From: Dehalococcoidia bacterium | GTDB taxonomy: Bacteria > Chloroflexota > Dehalococcoidia > Bin125 | DNA length: 64,000 bases | Assembly: GCA_963663235.2 (NCBI GenBank) | Contig: CAXXNO010000008.1 | Span: 30,107-94,106 of the forward strand | Direction: 5' to 3' | Part shown: positions 18,142-27,134 of the stretch, in pieces | How positions within the stretch are numbered: the first letter of the stretch is position 1 | Layout of the letters: the number at the start of each line of letters is the position of its first letter | Program-made: the position numbers and the translations under genes | Notes under the pieces: generated by a model | The model's input: the letters and a program-made list of their open reading frames with translations, nothing else | Told to the model about the DNA's origin: nothing | The model's database searches: none

Positions 18142-19996
18142 CTAAGCTTCCTCCCCGTCGTCGCTGCCTTCCTCGTCGATCCACCGGATCGCGTCGTATC
18201 CATCGACACCCCGCAGCGCCTCCTCCCACTTGCGCTCTACCCGCGCACCACCAAATCTCGTCGACGCATTCGACTGCACGTCGAAGAGGTTCGCGCCGCG
18301 CAGGTCCGCGCCCGACAAGTTCGCGCCGCGCAGGTCCGCGCCCGACAAGTTCGCGCCGCGCAGGTCTGCGCCCGACAAGTTCGCGCCGCGCAGGTCCGCG
18401 CCCGACAAGTCCGCGCCCACCAGGTCCGCGCTCGACAGGTCCGCGACCACCGGGCCCGCGCTCGACAGGTCCGCGCCCGCCAGGCCCGCGCTTGACAGGT
18501 CCGTGCCCCCCAGGGCCGCGCCCGACAAGTCCGCTCCCCCCAGAAGCGCGGCCGACAAGTTCGCGTGCTCCAGGTGCGCGTGCGACAAGTCCGCGCCCTC
18601 TAGGTGCGAGTGCGACAAGTTCGCGCGCTCCAGACCCGCGTCCGACAAGTCCGCGTTCTCCAGGCGCGCGCCTGACAAGTCCGCCTCTCCCAGGGCCGCG
18701 CCCGACAAGTCCACCTCCCCCCGCGCCCGACAAGTCCACCTCCCCCAGGTGCGCGCCCGACAAGTTCGCGCCCTCCAGGTTCGCGCCCGACAAGTCCGCG
18801 GCCCCCAGGCGCGCGCCCGACAAGTCCGCGCCCCCCAGGTGCGCGCCCGACAAGTCCGCGCCCCCCAGGTGCGCGCCCGACAAGTTCGCGTCCACCAGGC
18901 GCGCGCGCGACAAGTTCGCGTCGGCCAGATCCGCGTCCGACAAGTCCGCGCCCATCAGGCGCGCATCCGACAAGTCCGCGCCCATCAGGCGCGCGCCCGA
19001 CAAGTCCGCGTTCCACAGGCGCGCGCCCGACAAGTTCGCGTCGGCCAGATCCGCGTCCGACAAGTCCGCGCCCCGCAGGAACGCGCCCGACAAGTCCGCC
19101 TCCGTCAGGTCGACACCGCGCAGGTTCGTGCCGTGGAGATCGAGCGCACCAGCGTCGGCAACCTCCTTCTTCGGCCGGTTCCGCTTCAATACGCCCACTA
19201 CTGCCAGAAGATCGTGGCGCGTAACAGGCTCGTCTTCTTTCTCCTCCTCGGGCTCGGCCGCCTCCTCCTCGGAAGTGACTCTGTCCTCTTCGCCCTCTTC
19301 CTGCTCGGGATCAGTCTCCCTTTCTCGCTTCTCGCGCACGCGCGGCGAGTGCAGCCGCAGGTACGCCGCCAGGATGTCCATCACCGGCCGGTAGTCCTCG
19401 TCCGACTCCTGCGCGATCCGCTCCAGCGTCCGGATCGCCCCCAGCCGGATCTCGATGCGCGGCTTCCCCTCGCCGTCTTCTGCCCCCAGCTGCTCCATCG
19501 CTCGGATGAAACGGTCGGTGATCTGCCCCTGCTGCTCCACCATGATCCGGCGCCACGCGAAATACGCCCCCGCGATGCCCACTGAGAACACCAGCCCACC
19601 GGCGATGACCGCGACCAGCGTCCGCCGCGCCGAGTCCTCCCGCTCCAGACGCTCCCGCACGCTTAGGCTCGGCGTGTCGCCCACCTGCCGCTCCGGCACC
19701 TTCCACAGAACCACGAAGACAATGGCGATCAGCGCGATCGCCAGCGCAATCCGTATTTCTCCCCTACGCAGCGCCCTCTCCACCAGACCCCGCCCCGCGG
19801 TGTAGCGCCTGCTCAGCCACAGACCCAGCCGCAGCAACCTGCGGACGGCGCGGGTCTTGCGGCGGCCGATCCTGCGTCGCAGGCGGGCGAGCCTGGATCG
19901 CGTTTCCCACGCCCCCCGCCGCGCGCGGCGCCACGCCCACCCCGCCGGGCCCAAGAACTTCGCCATGGCCCGGATGTTAGTCGCTTCCCCAGCCAC
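18142..19996 (-). pseudogene. membrane-anchored pentapeptide-repeat protein, split by a +1 frameshift at a C6/G6 run (18717-18722)
   Basis: The N-terminal frame (19996 down to about 18723) has a basic N-terminus, two TM segments, an acidic linker and then A(D/N)LSG pentapeptide repeats. The repeats continue without a break in the frame of ORF 18142..18714, which ends ...[14 protein letters not shown]. The shift lies between two perfect copies of GGGGAGGTGGACTTGTCGGGCGCG, the second of which carries one extra G. Confidence 0.7.
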
Positions 19997-20515
19997 GCAA
20001 TGCCTGCGCGACTCGCGCTTGTCGGGAAGCAGTCTCGCCTTCGGACGGCCTCAGCTACCCCGCGCCCACGCCGCCGCTCAGACCGTTCCGCCCATTGATA
20101 CCTCTAACCCTGGTCTCGTCCACACACCATCGGGTCGGCACCCGAAAACGCGTTCCATTCTCCAAGTCTGTCTCGCTCTATGCAGTCATCGTTTGAGACC
20201 CCGCCACCCCCGTGCCATAATGCACAAGTGAACTACTCGCGCCCCTCCCCTCGATGTGATCGCTGTCCGGCTCCCGTCCGCCCCCTGTCCCCGCCCGTCC
20301 CTCGCCTGTCCAACCCCCGTCCGACGCTGACTGCCGCCCGTCCCTTTCTGTCGCCCCGGACGGCCCTCGGCCCCGCTCCCTATCTGGAGCGCCCCGCCCG
20401 GCGGGTGACAGAAAACCCCCATCACGACGCGCGCACGCCCAGCCGCCGCCCGCCTCGCGGCCCTCGCATCGACCCATTCCGCCTTCGTAGATCAGCGTTG
20501 AATTAAAGCGCCCGC

Positions 20516-21526
20516 CTAGGCCCGGACAAGTCCCTCAGACGTGAAGTAGTCCACGGCGTCCTGGAACGCCTCGTCTACGTCCGTCTGCGGCAGCCTCAGT
20601 TCGCGCACCGCTTTGTCACAGTTAAACCACATCTTGTGCCGCGCCAGCCGCACCCCCGCGATCGGCGCCCGCGGCGGCCGCCCCCGCACCCGGCTCACGA
20701 TCCGCTCGTCCACCTGCGCGTACCCCAGCGCGACGAAGTACGGCAGCGCCCGCCGCGGCGCCTCCCGGCCCGCCACCGCCGCCGCCCGCTGCAACACCTC
20801 GTGCAACGTCAGGTTCCCCTGCTTCTGCCCCAGGATGTACCGTTCCCCCACCTGCCCCCGCTGCCAGGCCAGCACGTGCCCCCGCGCTACGTCCCGCACG
20901 TGCACGATGTTCAGCCCTGCGCTTCGCACGTAAGCCGGCAGCGACCCGTTCGCCGCATCGACGATCAGCCGTCCGGTCGGCGTCGGTTTGACGTCCAGCG
21001 GCCCGATCGGCGCGGTCGGGTTCACCACCACGGCCGGCAGCCCCTCGCGACGTACCAGCTCCTGCACCAGCCGCTCGCTGAGGTACTTGCTCTCTTCGTA
21101 GGGGCCGGCCAGCTTGCGCGAGTCCGCCCACTGCTTTTCGTCGGCCGGCTTGCCGCGCCACCCCGCGTGCCCGATCGCCGCCACCGACGACGTATGCACT
21201 ACCCGTTGCACGCCCGCCTGTAGCGCCGCCAGCATCAGATCGCGTGTCCCCTGCACGTTGATCGTGTGCAACTCTCGTCGCGCGCGGGCGACGAGTTCGT
21301 ACAGCCCCGCGACGTGGAACAGCACCTCCACCCCCTCCAGCGCCCGATCCAGCGACGCCCGATCGCGCAGGTCGCCCTCGGCCCGTTGCACCGCCAGGCC
21401 GCCCAGGTTCCGCGCGGCGCTTTCCGGCCGCACCAGCGCGCGCACCTCTACACCCTCCTCCAGCAGCGCCCGCACCACGTGCGCGCCGATGAAGCCGCTG
21501 CCCCCCGTCACCAGTGCCAGCGTCAT
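20516..21526 (-). CDS. hpnA: hopanoid-associated NAD-dependent sugar epimerase/reductase
   Basis: LVTGGSGFIGAHVVRAL Rossmann fold, YEESKYLSE (YxxxK), C-terminal dihydroflavonol-reductase-like region. ATGA overlap with hpnG. Confidence 0.7.
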   Translation of the reverse strand: MTLALVTGGSGFIGAHVVRALLEEGVEVRALVRPESAARNLGGLAVQRAEGDLRDRASLDRALEGVEVLFHVAGLYELVARARRELHTINVQGTRDLMLAALQAGVQRVVHTSSVAAIGHAGWRGKPADEKQWADSRKLAGPYEESKYLSERLVQELVRREGLPAVVVNPTAPIGPLDVKPTPTGRLIVDAANGSLPAYVRSAGLNIVHVRDVARGHVLAWQRGQVGERYILGQKQGNLTLHEVLQRAAAVAGREAPRRALPYFVALGYAQVDERIVSRVRGRPPRAPIAGVRLARHKMWFNCDKAVRELRLPQTDVDEAFQDAVDYFTSEGLVRA

Positions 21527-22317
21527 CCGCGATCACTCCCCTTCCCTGCGACGACCAACGCCTCCAGCGCTCGGTCGATCGCCGCCACCGCCGCGCGCCG
21601 TTGCCACGCTAGGCGCGCCAGCGCGACCGGCAGCGACGGTTGTCGCATCACGGCCCTCGCGATCGCGTCGGCCCGCGGCCCGCGCCAGTCCCACGCCGCT
21701 ACGGCCGCGGGGAGGTTCGACCCAACCGGGTCCAGCACCACCCGCAGCGGCACGCTAGGGATGGAGAGGCGCGCCGCTCCCTCTGCCCAGTGATAGTCCT
21801 CCATCTGCACGACCGCGGCCCCGCTGGAGCGGCCGTGGTCGGCCTTGGCCTGCGTGCTGAGCAGCGGCGCGTCCACTGTCAGGCTGTCGCCGACCTGCCG
21901 CGCGACGCGCGACTGCTCCAGGGCCTGCTCCACGAATCGCAGGAACCCGCCGTCGGCGCGGATCGGGTGCCGCTCGCGGCGGCCCGCGCTGTTCCAGTAG
22001 TGGAGCCGCGGCGAAATGACCACCGCGCCGGGCCGCAGGCTCTGCTCCAGCCCGCCCGCGACGCCCACTGTGAGCAGTCCGGTCGCCGGGGGGTCCAGCG
22101 CGCCGAGGTCGTCCAGGGCTCTCTCCACGCGCTTGCGGCCGGGTCCGGAGACGGCCACGCGCAGACTCACGCCCTCGCGCTCTCCCCACACCGCCCACCC
22201 TTCGCCGAAGTCGACGCGCCGCGCGCCGCGCAGCCGCGCGGCGAAGCGGGCGGCCTCCCACGGCAGCGCGGTGACGATCGTCAACACGCCGTCAGTCTCC
22301 CACGCCGGCGCGCCCAA
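21523..22317 (-). CDS. hpnG: hopanoid-associated phosphorylase (PNP/UDP-1 nucleosidase family)
   Basis: LTIVTALPWEA...LLTVGVAGGL...AAVVQMEDYHWAE matches the nucleoside phosphorylase fold. The gene lies between hpnH and hpnA. Confidence 0.65.
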   Translation of the reverse strand: MGAPAWETDGVLTIVTALPWEAARFAARLRGARRVDFGEGWAVWGEREGVSLRVAVSGPGRKRVERALDDLGALDPPATGLLTVGVAGGLEQSLRPGAVVISPRLHYWNSAGRRERHPIRADGGFLRFVEQALEQSRVARQVGDSLTVDAPLLSTQAKADHGRSSGAAVVQMEDYHWAEGAARLSIPSVPLRVVLDPVGSNLPAAVAAWDWRGPRADAIARAVMRQPSLPVALARLAWQRRAAVAAIDRALEALVVAGKGSDRG

Positions 22318-22384
22318 TGCAGAACCCGCCCCCCGGCCTCAGTGTCGGAGGCTGGGCTTCGAAGAAGGACCGCGTGGGGTGTGG

Positions 22385-23392
22385 CTAGCTCAGCGCGCCT
22401 TTGAGCGCGCGCAGGCCGCGCAGCGGGTTGGTGCTCGCGTCGACCACGGCCGTCGCCTCAAAGCCCGAGTGCACCATGCAGTTCTGGCATTTCGGGTTGC
22501 CGCTGGCGTGACCGTACTGGCTCCAGTCGGTTTCGTTGATCAACTCGTCGAACGTGTCCACGTAGCCTTCGTCCATGAGGTAGCACGGACGCTGCCACCC
22601 CAGGACCGAGCGCGTGGGCATGCCCCACGGCGTGCAGTCGTATTCGATCTCGCCCTTGAGGAACGCCAGGAACAGCTCGCTCTGGTTGAACGACCACGTC
22701 GACGGCGGCTCCTTCAGGATCTCCCGGAACAGCGACCGCGTCTGGTCGCGCGTGAGGAAGTGCTCCTGGTCCGGCGCTTTCTCGTAGGCGTAGCCCGGCG
22801 AGATCATCATCCCGTCCACGCCGATCTCCATCAGGTGGTCGAACATTGCGCGTACCCGCTCGGGGTCGGCGCCCAAGAAGATCGTGCTGTTGGTGGTGAC
22901 CCGGAACCCTTTCGCCTTGGCTGCCTTGATCGCCGAGATGGCGACGTCGAACACTCCATCGCGGCAGACCGACGCGTCGTGCTCCTCGCGCATCCCGTCC
23001 ATGTGCACCGAGAACGTGAGGTACGGGCTCGGGCTGAACCGGTCCAGCTTCTTCTCCAGCAGGATGGCGTTGGTGCAGAGGTAGACGAACCGCTTCCGCT
23101 CGATCAGCCCCTCCACGATCCGGCCGATCTCCGGATGCATCATCGGCTCACCGCCCGGGATCGAGACCACCGGTGCGCCGCACTCGTCCGCTGCTGCCCA
23201 GCACTCTTCGGGGCTCAGGTGCTGGCGCAGGATCTCCATCGGATGTTGGATCTTGCCGCACCCGGCGCACGCCAGGTTGCAGGCGTAGAGCGGCTCCAGC
23301 ATGAGCACTAGCGGGTAGCGCTTCACCTGCTGCAGGCGCTGCGACGCCAGGTACTTCCCGACCTGGACGGCCTCGCGAAGGGGAACGGCCAT
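22385..23392 (-). CDS. hpnH: adenosyl-hopene transferase (radical SAM)
   Basis: [18 protein letters not shown] is a CxxxCxxC radical-SAM motif. It is followed by [13 protein letters not shown]...LCTNAILL and a C-terminal [17 protein letters not shown] at 23390-23392 ([15 protein letters not shown]). Confidence 0.85.
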   Translation of the reverse strand: MAVPLREAVQVGKYLASQRLQQVKRYPLVLMLEPLYACNLACAGCGKIQHPMEILRQHLSPEECWAAADECGAPVVSIPGGEPMMHPEIGRIVEGLIERKRFVYLCTNAILLEKKLDRFSPSPYLTFSVHMDGMREEHDASVCRDGVFDVAISAIKAAKAKGFRVTTNSTIFLGADPERVRAMFDHLMEIGVDGMMISPGYAYEKAPDQEHFLTRDQTRSLFREILKEPPSTWSFNQSELFLAFLKGEIEYDCTPWGMPTRSVLGWQRPCYLMDEGYVDTFDELINETDWSQYGHASGNPKCQNCMVHSGFEATAVVDASTNPLRGLRALKGALS

Positions 23393-23516
23393 GGCGCTTT
23401 CCGCCCTCACCAGAGTTTCAGTGCCGACGACTTTGCAAACGATTCCGCTCACAAAATCCCTGGAAATATAACACGATCGGCCCGGCGCTACATCAGGCCC
23501 CCCCAATGCAAGGCCC

Positions 23517-24107
23517 CTATGCGAGACCCCGCGCGCGGGCGTAATCCTCTGGCCGGTTCAGGTCCAGCCCAACCAAGGGGTCCTCGACGTCCAGAAAGAG
23601 CGTCTCCGCCGCGTGCGCCGCCCGCACCGCCTTGAGACCCTGGTGGCGCTCCTCCACTCCGCGCATCTCGGCCAGCAGCGACCCCGCGAACACGGCCGGA
23701 TGGCCGTTCCGCCCGCGATGCCGCGGCACAACGATGAGCGCTCCCCGCTCTCGGCGCGCCGCCATCAGCCGCCGCACCGTTTCGACCGTGCACGGCTGGT
23801 CGACGTTCGCGACCACCACCGCCTCAATCTTCGCTGGCGCCGCCCCTGCGCCCGCCCGCACCGACGAGGCGCGGCCGCTCGCGTAGTCCGCGTTGATGAC
23901 GATTCGGCACGGCTCGTCGCAGCGCACTCGGGCGCGCACCTCTGCTGCGCCGTGTCCCAGCACCACGATCACCGGGCGGCAGCCCGCGGCGAGCAACGTG
24001 TCGATCTGATGTTGCAGCAGCGGCCGCTCGCCCCAGGCCAGCAGCGCTTTCGCTTCGCCCATTCGGGTCGAGGCCCCCGCCGCGAGGATGAGCCCCGCCG
24101 TTTCCAT
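23517..24107 (-). CDS. MobA-like nucleotidyltransferase (MocA-type molybdenum cofactor cytidylyltransferase)
   Basis: [19 protein letters not shown] is the N-terminal NTP-transferase loop, followed by VANVDQP. Confidence 0.7.
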   Translation of the reverse strand: METAGLILAAGASTRMGEAKALLAWGERPLLQHQIDTLLAAGCRPVIVVLGHGAAEVRARVRCDEPCRIVINADYASGRASSVRAGAGAAPAKIEAVVVANVDQPCTVETVRRLMAARRERGALIVVPRHRGRNGHPAVFAGSLLAEMRGVEERHQGLKAVRAAHAAETLFLDVEDPLVGLDLNRPEDYARARGLA

Positions 24108-24118
24108 GCCGTCGCCGT

Positions 24119-24973
24119 CTACTCCTGGGTGGCGGCGAACGCCGCGGCGACGGCCTCGCGCGTCAGCCGCTCGACCGCGTCCAGCCGCTCGTCTCGCGAC
24201 GCGACGTTGTCGTCCGCAGGATCAATCTCCTCCCGCGCCGTCTGCCCCGCCAGCGCGAACACCGCCTCGTCCCCGGCCCGGCCCACAAGCGTGCTCTCCA
24301 CTTGCCGCGCTCGCACGGCGCCTGGGTGGTTGCCGCCCACGGCTACGTTCGCCGTGCGGATTCGATCCCCCTCCACGGTCAGCACTGCCACGGCGGCTCC
24401 CTTGGGGGCCCCGTCCGTGATCTCTTCACGATAGTCTGCCCCGAGCCGCTGCCCCGCCTCGGCGCGCGGCGCGCGGATCTGGACGCCCAACAGGATGCAG
24501 TGGCGCGGGAGCGCGGGCTTGCGTGGCCAGCCCAGGATCTTCTCCAGCGGTACCCGCTCGCGTCCCTCGGGCGTGATCAGCTCCGCTTCGCCGTCCAGGG
24601 CCACCAGAACCGCTGCCAGCGACGACGATCCCCCGTCCGCTAGCAATCGTCCTCCAATGGTCGCGCGACGCACCACGGGGGTCCCGCCTCGCACGCGGTG
24701 AAGGTCCACCGCCACGCGCAAGAGGTCTGGCCAGTCCTCGGCCTGGCGCGCCGCGTCCAGGCGCACCCCCGCCCCAATCCAGCCGCTCGCGGCGTCCAGC
24801 CGGGTGATCTCCTCGATCCGATCGACCCCCACGAGCAACGCTGGAGGCCGCAGCTTGCCCAAGAATTGGTCGTAGATAACGGACGTTCCCCCGCCGACGA
24901 CTTGGACGTCGTTCGTTTGCGTCAGCAGCGCCACCGCCTCTTCCGCCGTCTTGGGATTGACCTTGCGTGTCAT
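24119..24973 (-). CDS. FAD-binding subunit of the molybdopterin dehydrogenase family (CoxM/XdhB-like)
   Basis: VVGGGTSV..., ATIGGRLL and a CO-dehydrogenase flavoprotein C-terminal-like region. ATG at 24971-24973. No large (Mo) or small (2Fe-2S) subunit gene is adjacent. Confidence 0.65.
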   Translation of the reverse strand: MTRKVNPKTAEEAVALLTQTNDVQVVGGGTSVIYDQFLGKLRPPALLVGVDRIEEITRLDAASGWIGAGVRLDAARQAEDWPDLLRVAVDLHRVRGGTPVVRRATIGGRLLADGGSSSLAAVLVALDGEAELITPEGRERVPLEKILGWPRKPALPRHCILLGVQIRAPRAEAGQRLGADYREEITDGAPKGAAVAVLTVEGDRIRTANVAVGGNHPGAVRARQVESTLVGRAGDEAVFALAGQTAREEIDPADDNVASRDERLDAVERLTREAVAAAFAATQE

Positions 24974-24995
24974 CGCGCTACCACTATCGTCACGC

Positions 24996-25379
24996 TCAGC
25001 CGCCTTCGGTGAACGCCGTGAGCGCTTTCGCCAGCGCCCCGGCGGCCAGCACCGAACAGTGGATCTTGCTGGCGGGCAGGCCGCCCACCGCATCGACGAA
25101 ATCTTGCCTCGTCAACTGTCGCGCCTCCTCCACGGACCGGCCCTTGAGCAGCTCCGTGGCCGCGGAGCTTGTCGCGATCGCGGCCCCGCACCCTTTGGTG
25201 AGAAAGCGCGCCTCTTCGATCACGCCCTCGCGGATGCGCAGCATCAGCCGCATGTGGTCGCCGCATACGGGGTTTCGCTCCTCGCCCACCGCGTTGGCGT
25301 CCGCCAGCTCGCCGGCGTTGCGCGGATGGCGGAAATGGTCCAACACCGTCGCGTTGTAGGATGCGCCGTCCTGCGTCAC
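24996..25379 (-). CDS. IscU/NifU-type Fe-S cluster scaffold
   Basis: VLDHFRHPRNAG...NPVCGDHM...KGCGAAIATSS...KIHCSVLA contains three scaffold Cys residues. GTG at 25377-25379. An alternative upstream start at 25400 is possible. Confidence 0.8.
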   Translation of the reverse strand: MTQDGASYNATVLDHFRHPRNAGELADANAVGEERNPVCGDHMRLMLRIREGVIEEARFLTKGCGAAIATSSAATELLKGRSVEEARQLTRQDFVDAVGGLPASKIHCSVLAAGALAKALTAFTEGG

Positions 25380-25405
25380 GCTCACAGTGTACCGGCGCAC
25401 GTGGA

Positions 25406-26656
25406 CTATGCGCGGGTGGCTGGCCCGGAGAGCTCCAGCAGCAGCCGCAGCAGTGCTGCCAGCGTCCGCTCGCGCCCCGCCGGAGCGAAGTATTCGCGCC
25501 GGCTGTGCAGTTCGCCGCTGCGACCGCCCCAGCCCAGCGCGATCGCCGGGATCCCGGCGGCCATCGCCGCGTTGGCGTCCGTCGACGACGCTGTGAACCG
25601 GGGCGCGAATCCCTCCGCTTTGAGCGCCTGGGCGGCCGCGAGCACCAGGGGGTGGTTGGCCGCCGTGGCGCCGCCGGGCCGCTTCCCCATGCTCTCGATG
25701 CTGACGGCGATGCCGTGCGCCTGATCCGTGTCGATGCCGCGGCGCGCCAGCTCTTCCGCCTGCGCTTCTTCCACGGCCCGGCGTAGCGACGCCTCCAGCC
25801 GCTCGAGGTGTTCGTCCGATTCGCTACGCACCTCGACCTCCATGCGCGCCTCTTCCGGGATCGCGTTAACCGAGCGCCCTGCTTCAATCACCCCCACGTT
25901 CGTCGTGGCGCGCGGTCGACGCGGCAGCCGCGTGTCGGCGAAGCGCTGGACGGCCCCGGCCATCGCCTGCGCCGGGTTGTAGCGTCCAAAGTCGGCCCAG
26001 GCGTGCCCGCCCGGCCCCTGCATCTCCACGACGAAGCGTCGACTGCCCACCCCGCGATGCACGATCGCCTCCGGCTCCGGATGGTCGATGGTGATGAACG
26101 CGTCGATCGGCCCGCTGGCGGCGTCGGCGAAGAAGTGCCGCGCGCCCCGCAAATTGCCGCGCCCCTCCTCGCCTACCGTCGCCAGGAAGATCAGGTCGCC
26201 CGCGGTGCCGGTCTCGGCCGCAGCCAGCGCCTGCGCCAGGCCGATGAGCCCCGCCAGACCCGCGGCGTCGTCCGCAATGCCCGGGCCGTGCAGTTCACCC
26301 GCCGGCACGGCTGCCGCGCCGCAGTACGGGCAGGCCTCGCCCGGACGGGCCACGGACAGCGCCTGCTCGACGGGGAACACGGTGTCGAGATGCGCGGACA
26401 GCGCTACGCGCGGCCCCCCGCCCCGCCCCGGCCGCTCGGCGATCACGTTGCCGGCCTCGTCGCGCCGCACGAGGCATCCGGCGGCGTGCAGCCAGCGCGA
26501 TACCACCTCCGCGCGGTCCGGTTCCGCCCCGGTCGGGGCCGCGATCTCGCTCAACTCGATTTGAACCGCGGTGATCCCTTCGCGGTTCGCGCGCAGGTGC
26601 GCGAACGCTGCGGCGGCGGGCCCACCCGCGTCGATCGGCCCCTGTGCGTCCGTCAT
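25406..26656 (-). CDS. M20 family metallopeptidase (tripeptidase/deacylase-like)
   Basis: ALSAHLDTVFP, GIADDAAGLAGL and TVGEEGRGNLRG are M20 metal-ligand blocks. ATG at 26654-26656. Confidence 0.75.
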   Translation of the reverse strand: MTDAQGPIDAGGPAAAAFAHLRANREGITAVQIELSEIAAPTGAEPDRAEVVSRWLHAAGCLVRRDEAGNVIAERPGRGGGPRVALSAHLDTVFPVEQALSVARPGEACPYCGAAAVPAGELHGPGIADDAAGLAGLIGLAQALAAAETGTAGDLIFLATVGEEGRGNLRGARHFFADAASGPIDAFITIDHPEPEAIVHRGVGSRRFVVEMQGPGGHAWADFGRYNPAQAMAGAVQRFADTRLPRRPRATTNVGVIEAGRSVNAIPEEARMEVEVRSESDEHLERLEASLRRAVEEAQAEELARRGIDTDQAHGIAVSIESMGKRPGGATAANHPLVLAAAQALKAEGFAPRFTASSTDANAAMAAGIPAIALGWGGRSGELHSRREYFAPAGRERTLAALLRLLLELSGPATRA

Positions 26657-26675
26657 GCGCACGAGGGTAGCGCGA

Positions 26676-27134
26676 CTAAGGGATCTCCATCCCCAGCGCG
26701 GCGAAGATCGCTTGGTATTGGCTGAGGCTCGCTGGGTTGTAGTGCGGCATCGCCTCGACGATCGTGCCCGCGCCATCGCTGACGAAGACCGCCCGTCGGC
26801 TGCGCTTGCCCGTATCGTCTTGCACGCCAAAGGTGCGTGTGGCCTCCAGCTTCCAGTCCGAGAGCAAGGGAAACGGGAACCCGGTGCTCGCGCTGAACGC
26901 GCGCTGACTCTCCACGCTGTCGACGCTGATGGCCACCAGCGCGCCGCCCAGCTCTTCGATCAGCGGAAAGTCCGCGCCTAGGGCGCTCAGCTGTGCCGAG
27001 CAGCTGGGGGTCCCGTCCTCCACGTAAAACGCCACGACCAGCGGCCGCCCGCCGCGCAGCCGCTCCAGCGACACGGGCCCCTCGGGTCCGTCCAGCGTTA
27101 CCTTCGGCAGCGGCTCGCCCTTGCCGACCGCCAT
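26676..27134 (-). CDS. peroxiredoxin (Bcp/AhpC-TSA family)
   Basis: PLVVAFYVEDGTPSCSAQL contains the peroxidatic Cys context, followed by VAISVDSVESQRAF...FPLLSD. The ATGA start overlaps the upstream stop. Confidence 0.8.
   Translation of the reverse strand: MAVGKGEPLPKVTLDGPEGPVSLERLRGGRPLVVAFYVEDGTPSCSAQLSALGADFPLIEELGGALVAISVDSVESQRAFSASTGFPFPLLSDWKLEATRTFGVQDDTGKRSRRAVFVSDGAGTIVEAMPHYNPASLSQYQAIFAALGMEIP

Noticed and set aside
18230-19585. Large plus-strand ORFs (18230..19585, 18492..19394) and the periodic 15/30-nt repeats, considered as a separate gene or a CRISPR-like array.
   Set aside because: They are the antisense image of the pentapeptide-repeat coding sequence. The periodicity equals the 5-codon protein repeat, and there are no spacers.
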